A program made the translations under genes and the position numbers. A DNA stretch of 64,000 bases from Planctomycetaceae bacterium (GTDB taxonomy: Bacteria; Planctomycetota; Planctomycetia; Pirellulales; Pirellulaceae), in NCBI GenBank assembly GCA_005798335.1, contig SYJV01000175.1, forward strand, positions 3,280-67,279, in the 5' to 3' direction. Numbering within the stretch: the first letter of the stretch is position 1; each line of letters begins with the position of its first letter. The notes beneath the pieces were generated by a model. The model was not told the origin of the DNA and ran no database searches. It worked only from the letters and a program-made list of their open reading frames with translations. Of this stretch, positions 51,701 through 57,134 are shown piece by piece.

Positions 51701-52130
51701 TCGTACGAGTTACAGCGCCCGTGCCGTCATTAACCGTAACGGTAATATTCTTGTTGGTTTGAGCGGGGACAGGACTTTCCGCAAACGTAAACAAGTTCGC
51801 GCCTGGAGCCTTCCAGGTACCATCCGCGGCCGCTGTGGTGTTAACTATGGTCGAAGAGGCACCTTGAGTAAAGGTAACAACCACATTAGACGAAGCAGTA
51901 GCTGCGGTTCCGGAAACGATAACAGCGTTTTGTTCCGAACTGTTGACGATATCGTCACCCGCGATCGGCAAAATGTTCACGGCCATTAGTTTGCGGCCTT
52001 CGAGCGATTCGCTCAGCAAACTGCGGAATGCGAACCGATTGGAGCGTGAGCTGGTTTGGCTGAGCCCCAAAATGTTGCATAAGGCGAACCAAAGTCCAGC
52101 GGCTTTGCTGATCACCCAGTCACACACCAC
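42747..52130 (-). CDS. giant (3127 aa) Ig-like-domain repeat surface protein with dockerin-like C-terminus
   Basis: About 25 tandem ~100-aa modules, each opening with D(T/R)xxP...I(N/T)xPIxGD(D/N)xxNxxE...(I/V)SGTGAEPN..VT(V/I)TF. These are followed by a cadherin-like segment and a duplicated Ca-binding loop tail (DTDGSTIVDLTDLNAL...DKNGDNFVDFTDLNAF). The N-terminus carries the planctomycete-type motif SLLSESLEGRKLMA. The start is uncertain; GTG 52130 is the first start codon of the ORF. Confidence 0.85.
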   Translation of the reverse strand: MVCDWVISKAAGLWFALCNILGLSQTSSRSNRFAFRSLLSESLEGRKLMAVNILPIAGDDIVNSSEQNAVIVSGTAATASSNVVVTFTQGASSTIVNTTAAADGTWKAPGANLFTFAESPVPAQTNKNITVTVNDGTGAVTRTIGKDTIAPLPQLPNAVGGDDVVTTGEAGNVSVSGTGAEPNQFVTTAYIQGAVVKQVSVQADATGKFNTSGAPVNLLAAPPFVQGAASVIAISSDAAGNTGSSSRAFTIDLTAPAAPTINTPITADNVVNATEATQVVISGTSPAPNQPVLVEFLDGTNLLAAPIIIAGANGQYSLPAAGFNITALNDGQITVRVSSLPSNGTPTSTTTTFTLDKTPPAVQITTPTAGTTINLTGIAPAVPATNVIVTGTGAQPNTNVTITFAGGGGNTVTRTVLAAADGTYNLNPGANITALPDGPVTITVTSTDPVGNVGSAQRVLNKDTSTPVILITTPIAGNDIVSIAEGSALVITGTGADAGGVVTVTVTQLVPTNIVRTVSAVANANGVFTALFNLSAAPAFSEGAVTVMASFTDNANNTSTNQRGVFYDTSIPAGAVSILGATDDFAPLLLAPTNRSITNDTTLTFTGTTTAANGTIISVKANGTEVATAVVNGTAWTATTSVLPAGVYNFTATLRDNAPNEGAVSSPFGPITVDTVPPVVTINSPITSDNLVTLAEANALVVSGTTDAPNGTVTVTFSIGANSVTRTVAATGNNWTLAANPANIVGLPDGVILVQATAQDLAGNVGIATTTFTKQANPPAIVITSPIENDNRINAAEAADVLIQGTGAAANRPVTVTFTGSPTGSASRTVTADAAGGFTLLGNEVDLSGFSQGDVKIQVTSTDTLGNTGSASAIVPLDTIRPAIVIGAPLNNTALNATQLTQVIVTGSGAEPNSLVTITFNDTGVNAGTTQPVVRNVTANANGVYALVLGAAAPGNEANIAGLLDGQIDLTATSTDAFGNTGTANIVLFKDTQGPLIFIDTVAADNVINAAESLNVRVSGLAGDGATGSGVPSVTITIVGLDVNNVAISQTRTAPVVNGAFANDGNLFNLANFMDGALTITVTGADRAGNQSTATRNVVLDRNAPSLTITTPVMGDNRIGANEVANVQINGIGAFPNSNVLITFSDGVNSVTRNVTSVGTNFTTTADLTALADGQIVITVRNTDAAGNIGLTSATVAKDTGVPTITIAPITGDNFVNNSEKNGVIVSGTVTDTAGINVGSVVTLTFRKAGSADVVATATVTGANTYATAPFSIASITDGTVVVTAEVTDLAGNKGTAKVNVELDTVPPVLTLANSGFSGDGTLNRRELVGSDDARRVTGTTTPFASVSIQIVGSNGVTIGPFSVPADGNGSFNRVFTTAQLQTLANATLTGTTPAANIIVTAVDFAGNVTNLTRAINTIDTVLPILAVTGTNFDNLPAAPATTGTNLGLISIQESNAVTISGTISDANPNAGLLTGRQVAVTFIDVNNSPATGDIVGFGTATVLTVDANNVPLTYAFTVDKLGNGNPINISGLNEGGINVDVRFTDVAGNPIALSGADEAAIRFTATLDETAPTAAATIINATNASGGAATSPTTLNNLASTNHTSFTLNGTYDAAQSSTVTISGLPGGDRLATLNAAAGTWTLATGLLPNGTYQMIARARDAAGNPAPDSGQFQITVDTLPPSIILNVIGGDGIINENEAPGLVINGKGAQPNLPVEIKIQQAGGPERILAGVFANAIGDYQAIVDVRVGANLSLNAPFAVPLADAATANITVTATSRDQADNAGVATRTASKDTAPTTLSITGPIAGNDVVSAAEDDVVTVEGINATPNTSVVVTFTSGPTTQVKTVVADATGKYTLAAIPALGIPSNDGNLSNFPDGPVTVTANNIDAAGNLATATRVITIDRVAPNITITAPIMTDNAVNMFESPVFIVAGAGADPNRPVTIQVTDSQNTVVTINGVVADAKGEFTIAAPGFNLNSTALVDGNLTVKASSTDLGDNTGSATRALIMDRTAPVATINTPIELDNRINAGEVTTVEISGTGAEPSGNVEITFLDSANPANKVVKNVTAQVGGNYSLALNPANLTGLVDGAITVQVKAVDAVGNFILPNHPALLKDTVIRAIQINAPIMGDDVINAAEQNSVNVTGTNAEPNAIVTVSLDDNNAATPAVVRTVTADAAGNFTLATNLAGISTLNDGQITVTASNSDAAGNTSNASRSVTKDSSIPGLTINTPIAGGPQTPGISGYVTDGERTAGFTISGIGATPNSTVTVSLIGVGASRLFNVTSTATGTWVTPSIDLRSSGGLAFGDGFITVSASNADPSGNVSTDVDTIVLDTAAPNIVRLANWNGANAPALATVFALTYPPVPTPPATLPDPRMPTNLPANSFVVLRDVGATAYILDQIVNGPTIFVNDNTLVVVGQISDGTSASNPAAANTLVGNTVTVRNGGTTLGTAVVNENGRFIFEIPAQATGTALEINVLITDLAGNVSAGTGSNTTGANSGLDNGLTITIDSAAPVLSINPIAGNDFINAAEVAAVVITGTTNTNGIPVSVIITQGNLVVNEITTAAAGAFTVTANLSGFAQGGITVTAVSTDLGNNTGQATRSTAVIDTVAPLLAVTTIAGNDVINAAEAPGVVVTGTRDDLPVTVTATSGNQTVTATANANGTANYTVTLPSIVAFPDGPVTITAQSTDPAGNVTTVTRVVVKETTVPAVTVNTPITSDNVINASEQAAVPVSGNGAEPGLNVKITFRDVNNNSVAVNTAAGPTGAYSIIAPTVANISSLVDGTITVIVESTDPFGNVGTATTTAIKDTTGPVVTTNLLTITTQVTTLTTGVLNAVDAVSPAANVTYIVTNAPQSGFLALTSAPQVPISTFSQAQVNAGQVLYTQTIANAFDAVQFVATDAVGNATSGRLDIQLQNVTVPRVESVVINDGNATRSSLKKLTVTFNTVVQIDAGAFVVQRRDDIAGAPITIGNVPAAQTNVGAPAVVAGKTVVSITFLPTVAPSSPATTFVDSAGSLIDGNYRLEIDATKVRSQAGLFALDGDNNGAPGGNFVYGNQAVDKFYRLYGDTDGSTIVDLTDLNALVIALTSGNYREDLDKNGDNFVDFTDLNAFLQNFNASRNLNGF

Positions 52131-52930
52131 TACTGGCGTTCGAAACGCGCGTTACCACCACGACAAGCGATCGTGATGTCGAGCGAGCATGTGAACGGTG
52201 GCAAGTTTGATCCGTTCCCGAAGGCGAAGTACCTTCTCGCGACTGCGTGCGATGCGAGCTGAGTCAAGGGAACTGTTACGGGAATTGCGTCTTGATGCGG
52301 ACATTGTAACAACCTCTGTTCCAGCGAATCGGGGGGAACGCCCAAAAAGATCAACTGAGTTTCTAACTAGTTCGGATTTTTACGGCTGAGACGATTCCAA
52401 CTGGTGCTGCGTGAACGGAATTGGAAATCGTCAAATTATTAAACAGGATTTGGGATGGGAATTTCAGGTACGATCTACCAGTTTGAGCTTTGCGCCAAGA
52501 TTGCCGAATTTCGAGACTTGTCTTGTTAGCAAGGAAATTGGCACTTCGAGCAAACTAGCGAAAATAGCAGATACTCAACCGATAGTAACTGGGGCGGTTG
52601 CACAAAATGCTCCCTCGCGCAAGCGTACGTGCGATAGCTTCGAAGTGAATTGATGCCCAGGAATCCATAGAACGATGCAGTTCTCCCTTGAACTGCTCGT
52701 ATTTTTGAGCGATACCCTACGCAAATTTTTGAGCGATGCACTACGCGAAGTCGAAGAATGGAAATCTCCGGTGCATCGACCAGCTAAAAAGCTGGTGGGC
52801 AGATAGTTTCCAACACCGACGATCAACTAATTTCTGCCACTAAAATTTGTCAAATCGTAGTGGTCAGTAAATAATAGTTGGTTCGACTAGAATCGGAGGA
52901 ATGATCTTTGCAGAAGTTTGCAACGACTGT

Positions 52931-53072
52931 GGTCTAATTGCAATACCGTTCAACGAACGTGGGATAAGTTTCCAGCTTGTCAATATTTTGTGCAAGCAAT
53001 GGCGAAACTCCGCTACAGGTTGACAAGCTGGAAGCTTATCCCACGTTCGTTGAACGGTATTGGGTCTAATTG
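52931..53072. mobile_element. MITE family B copy 1: 122-bp element (52941..53062) with 10-bp target-site duplication ggtctaattg
   Basis: Terminal inverted repeats caataccgttcaacgaacgtgggataag(t/c)ttccagcttgtcaa of ~43 bp. The direct repeats ggtctaattg at 52931-52940 and 53063-53072 are identical. The element is too short to code for a transposase. Confidence 0.85.
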
Positions 53073-53086
53073 GACGAAGTTTGTTT

Positions 53087-54919
53087 TTACTTTGAATCGA
53101 TAGGTTGCTCGGTCGTTTTGGCCTTAGTTTGGTCCGCTGGTTTGATTTGCTTGTCTGCTTCTTCTTTTTTCTTTTGCGCGGCGTCCGCGTCCTTTTTCTT
53201 TTGCTGCTGGTCAGCAATCTTCAAATGCACTTCGGCTTGTTCTGCATTGCCTTCCAGTTTGTAAGCTTCGGCAATTCGTTGGTGATACTCGGGACATAGT
53301 TTGCTACCGCGACCAGCCAACTCGATTGCAAACTCCAATTGGGTAATCGCTTCGGAATATCGTTTCTGCTGGATATACACATAGCCAAGCGTATCTCGAA
53401 AATCCGGAATGAAGGGCGCGATGCGCACTGCCAGCTCTGCATGCTCACGAGCCTTCTCAATCTCGTTGGGCTTGTGCATGGCCAATGTGTATGCCAAGTT
53501 GTTGTTATACTGCGGGTTGCCGGGTTGGCTAGCGAGCAGTTTCCGGCAGTGATCAATGGATTTGTCGTAGTTTTCTTGCAAATAGTAAGCTTCTGACAAC
53601 ATGGCATGAGTCAATGGCGTCGCGGTTCCTTCCGCCAAGACTTCTTTTAACTGATTGATAAGATGCTCGGGTGGTTTGTCTCCGCCGATGCGCACCAAGA
53701 TGGCGATTTCCTCGGATATGCCAGGATTCGTTGGGTCTACACGCATGGCTTGATCTAACAATTCAATGTTGGCTTGCCAAGTTGGTTGGTCACCTGTGAT
53801 AATCTCAAGCGAGCGTTTGAAGCGCACGCGCAGCACGTCGGAAAGACCTCGGCTGAGCGACTTGATTTCTTCAGGCTTCAGTCCCGGTCGACTCAAGCCC
53901 TGGTCGAGCAATTGTGTTGCCGTCACCAGGTCGTCGTTGGTCGAGCTCTTGTATGAGATATGTACTTGTGCGAGCATCAACCGATCGCGAGGAGTGTCTT
54001 CACCTTTTGAGATTAGATCTCCAAAGTAAATTTTGGCTCGCCGAGCGGCATTGTCGGCCTCCGCTTTGCTGTCGGATGCCTGAGCGGCTTCGAGGACCTG
54101 CAGATAGTACTCGGGCTGCAGCGTGGCGGCACGCTTCAGCAAGTCGATAGCGCGCAGAAAATTCTTCTCCTGAAACGCGAACTGCGCGGCCAGCATCAGC
54201 AGTTGCGGCGGAGTAGTGGAAAATTTAGTCGATTGATCCAGATGGTGCCTTAATACTGGAAGTTGTTCCGTGGTAATATTTCCCAGGCGCAGCATGTTGT
54301 ATGCAATCAATGCATGCGAACGAGAGTGCCCTTCTTTGTTATCGGGAGCAATTTCCTTCAGCAAATTGATTCCAGCAGTTAACGATCCTTGTTGGCTCAT
54401 CATCGCGGCGATGACAAACATGATCTCAGGGTTATCCGACTGCAGTTGCTGAGCGCGACGAAAAACTGCCTCGGTGAATCGCGAAATTTTGACTTCTTTT
54501 TTTGGCTCGGCAGCCTTCGGAGCAGCACTTTTCTGTGTCTCGCTGGATTTTTTGCTATCGCGCGCTGGGCTCGTTTTTCCGCCAGGCGTGCGCTTGCCCT
54601 TGTCATCCGATTTTGGCTCAGCAGCGGCCGCTGCCGCTTCAGCATCAAGCTCGTCGAGATTGATTTCTGTTTTTTCTCCGGTGCCTCCAAAAGCCCAATC
54701 GTCACCGATTTTCTTCAGCTCTTTCTCGCCGATTGATAAGTACCATCCAGCCAACGGTTGCTTGGGCAGCAAGCTACCCCAGGTCGACATCATGAACAGC
54801 GTTACAGCGATCAGGCCGGGCAGCGCCAGCAGAGATATTCGGCCCCACGCGCGGGTAATTAACCAATCAAGAAAACAACCGGAGGCGTTCACCAGAATGG
54901 CGCCAGGTGCCAGATGCAT
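53087..54919 (-). CDS. membrane-anchored TPR repeat protein with K/A/E-rich low-complexity regions
   Basis: An N-terminal TM helix (ISLLALPGLIAVTLFMMSTW) and a lysine/alanine-rich linker are followed by multiple TPR-like units (e.g. AYYLQENYDKSIDHCRKLLASQPGN, YIQQKRYSEAITQLEFAIEL). The tail is basic and acidic. It starts 50 bp downstream of the exosortase-like gene. Confidence 0.75.
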   Translation of the reverse strand: MHLAPGAILVNASGCFLDWLITRAWGRISLLALPGLIAVTLFMMSTWGSLLPKQPLAGWYLSIGEKELKKIGDDWAFGGTGEKTEINLDELDAEAAAAAAEPKSDDKGKRTPGGKTSPARDSKKSSETQKSAAPKAAEPKKEVKISRFTEAVFRRAQQLQSDNPEIMFVIAAMMSQQGSLTAGINLLKEIAPDNKEGHSRSHALIAYNMLRLGNITTEQLPVLRHHLDQSTKFSTTPPQLLMLAAQFAFQEKNFLRAIDLLKRAATLQPEYYLQVLEAAQASDSKAEADNAARRAKIYFGDLISKGEDTPRDRLMLAQVHISYKSSTNDDLVTATQLLDQGLSRPGLKPEEIKSLSRGLSDVLRVRFKRSLEIITGDQPTWQANIELLDQAMRVDPTNPGISEEIAILVRIGGDKPPEHLINQLKEVLAEGTATPLTHAMLSEAYYLQENYDKSIDHCRKLLASQPGNPQYNNNLAYTLAMHKPNEIEKAREHAELAVRIAPFIPDFRDTLGYVYIQQKRYSEAITQLEFAIELAGRGSKLCPEYHQRIAEAYKLEGNAEQAEVHLKIADQQQKKKDADAAQKKKEEADKQIKPADQTKAKTTEQPIDSK

Positions 54920-54968
54920 GGGATTCTCCCGAGTTGAATACCAAAATCAATTAAGACAACAACACGCT

Positions 54969-56747
54969 CTACGGAGACGTCTTTAGGATGCGCGATTTTA
55001 GGGCAGCGGAGGCTTCGACAACGAATGTTTGGTAGTCACCGCGGCGGCTATCGGAAATGGCTTTGCCTGAATCTAGAAATAAACGCGTTTGATAGGTTAC
55101 CAGATCTTTTGCGGATTTGCCAAGCAATCGCCCGACAAGAGTTCGGGATAGTCGCCGATTCCAGTCCGCGCGCCATCCGCTTTCTGGAACGGCCGGATTT
55201 CCGCTGGAGTCAAACGCAGTGTACCAACCATAAGCAACTGACTTCAAGTCGTTGACAAATTCGACCTCGACGATGGGCCATGGTTGGCTGCCACTTTCCC
55301 CTGCAATCGCCAATCTTTTTGGCGCTGCGTTGAGTCTCCAACCTGTGCCCGGCATGACCAACCAATGCTGTTGTTGTCCAACATACGGAAAGTCAAAAGC
55401 AACCACCGGTAATCCGTCGGTACCCGAATATCGCCATGCTAATAGGTGCGTTTTGTTCCCAATCCCAAACTCGTGTTCGGAACGATCAACACCCTGCTGT
55501 TTCAGTCCTCGCGACTCGATCGGCAATGTGTCCAGCGCACCGATCACCGCTAATTGCTCTTCTGCGTAGGCAGGCACTACAACGCCAGCCGACGGACTTG
55601 GCAGCAATGCCCCGATGACTCCCAGCACCGACACCAGCAGCGAGCCAATCATCAACGGAATTCGCCAAACGCTGGCTGCCCAGGGATCGGTTGCTCGAAT
55701 CGTGTCACGGTAATTGGGTCCCTTCCATGCGGTCGTTTGTTTTTTCTGCGTGGTCGCTTCATCGTCCCCAAAATAATCGTCTTGCTCTTCTTGGTCGGCT
55801 CCTTGGAAGGTCAGATTTCCTGGCCACATTACGACGCGATTGTAAAAACCATGCAAACCGACGGTCGCTTGTTGAGACAATTCAACCGGCAGCGGCTCAA
55901 ACAGAAACGATAATGCGTCAATCAAGATCACCAAGAACAGGAATGACAATACGAACAGACCGATATTCAGAAAGACTCCAGTTGCCCCAATCGACCAGTC
56001 GGCTGCAAAGGATTCGCGCCCCCAGATCAGCAAGAGTATCTTCAAAGAGTTGCTCAGCCACCCCAAGATTGGAATCGTTGCCAAAGTGAAAAAACTCATA
56101 ACGAACGGGCGACGCATCCACAGCAGCAGCGTCAGTGCACAAAAAGCCAACAAATAAACGCTATTCCACGAGAAAGCGTGCGAAGCCAAATCGAGGCGTT
56201 CGCTGCGCAAGTCTAATCGCAACTCTTGCAGCAAATTCGGAGTACCAATCAAATCGAGCAACGGACTCAACATAGTCGCCGCCTTGCGATAAAGCATGTC
56301 GACTAAACGTGTATCCAGCCCCGCAGGTGGCCAGGTAACCCACAACAGACCGGTGAGCGCAATTAATCGCGTCCAGGGGACTATTCCAAACCAAACTAGT
56401 ATCCAACCCGTTACTAGCATGATTGCAGCAAGCTGGCTCGTCGCAGGTGAAATCATGAACGCAGCGGCAAGGCTCATGGCGATCCCTGCTACGGTAAATC
56501 CTATCGAAAACACTCTTCGCAAATGTGATGCCGCAAATCCCACTCGCGGTTCAGTGGCAATAAATGCGGCGAAAACCAGCCAGGCGACGAAATAGAATCG
56601 CAGGTGAGGTTTTCCCCAAAGGGCTGTCATCTGCACCACTAGCAGCGGAATAATGGATACTATTCCGCTTAGGATTAACCAATTTGTAGCTGTGGTCCAG
56701 CGAGAATTGGTTGCGGTCGGCTGCGGTATATTTCCTGGTTCTGCCAT
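54969..56747 (-). CDS. exosortase-like polytopic membrane protein with EpsI-like C-terminal domain
   Basis: The N-terminal ~300 aa are multi-TM with an exosortase-like layout (WPPAGLDTRLVDMLYRKAATMLSPLLDLIGTPN...LDLASHAFSWNSVYLLAFCALTLLLWMRRP...IPILGWLSNSLKILLLIW). The C-terminal soluble domain contains QQHWLVMPGTGW, reminiscent of the EpsI H-x-P-x-x-C-x-P-G-x-GW motif. The start is ATG 56747. Confidence 0.55.
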   Translation of the reverse strand: MAEPGNIPQPTATNSRWTTATNWLILSGIVSIIPLLVVQMTALWGKPHLRFYFVAWLVFAAFIATEPRVGFAASHLRRVFSIGFTVAGIAMSLAAAFMISPATSQLAAIMLVTGWILVWFGIVPWTRLIALTGLLWVTWPPAGLDTRLVDMLYRKAATMLSPLLDLIGTPNLLQELRLDLRSERLDLASHAFSWNSVYLLAFCALTLLLWMRRPFVMSFFTLATIPILGWLSNSLKILLLIWGRESFAADWSIGATGVFLNIGLFVLSFLFLVILIDALSFLFEPLPVELSQQATVGLHGFYNRVVMWPGNLTFQGADQEEQDDYFGDDEATTQKKQTTAWKGPNYRDTIRATDPWAASVWRIPLMIGSLLVSVLGVIGALLPSPSAGVVVPAYAEEQLAVIGALDTLPIESRGLKQQGVDRSEHEFGIGNKTHLLAWRYSGTDGLPVVAFDFPYVGQQQHWLVMPGTGWRLNAAPKRLAIAGESGSQPWPIVEVEFVNDLKSVAYGWYTAFDSSGNPAVPESGWRADWNRRLSRTLVGRLLGKSAKDLVTYQTRLFLDSGKAISDSRRGDYQTFVVEASAALKSRILKTSP

Positions 56748-57134
56748 CAACTGCTATCCCTACTACTCCCGGTTAAAGCCCTCGTGCTGTTCAACTAATC
56801 AATCTGACTCGTCGGCACGCGGCAGGATCCATCAAAACGCGTTGATAAACGTCACTGCCCAGTCACGTCCGAGCCAGCTCGTTCGAACGGCTTCGTGGTT
56901 CAAGGGGGAGCGTATCGCGCAACCACCCTTCGATACACTATACGCCTTATTCAAGGGATCGTGTTGATTCGCTGTGTTTTATTCACTTTTCTGGCTCTCT
57001 TACAAAAGGACTAATTGTTACCAACTTGTTTCGCAACACCGGCAGGGATCGAATCAACGGTTGTTTCCGCTAAGATTAGAAGGGTGCTTTAACCTCACTT
57101 TTTCGGCAAACTCGCCAAATTCGGAAACACGCTC

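Noticed and set aside
43063-51989. Dozens of long plus-strand ORFs (up to 228 aa) antisense to the giant minus-strand gene
   Set aside because: They are low-complexity V/T/A/P/S-rich translations with no start context or motifs. They are explained by the biased codon usage (GTN/ACN/GCN/AAY-rich) of the repeat protein, which suppresses stop codons on the opposite strand.
42747-52130. Possible CRISPR array or DNA tandem repeat, given the strong periodicity
   Set aside because: The periodicity is ~300 nt and exists at the protein-module level. The units are diverged at the DNA level, and there is no short identical repeat/spacer organisation.
52870-52900. ggttcgact motif reminiscent of a tRNA T-arm
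   Set aside because: No acceptor stem, anticodon arm or matching 3' end can be drawn around it.
52864-53217. ORFs sharing NTVQRTWDKLPACQ (also 52918..53103, 57054..57389), suggesting a conserved peptide
   Set aside because: They are encoded by the palindromic MITE arms read in either direction. Outside the 122-bp element the ORFs are unrelated.
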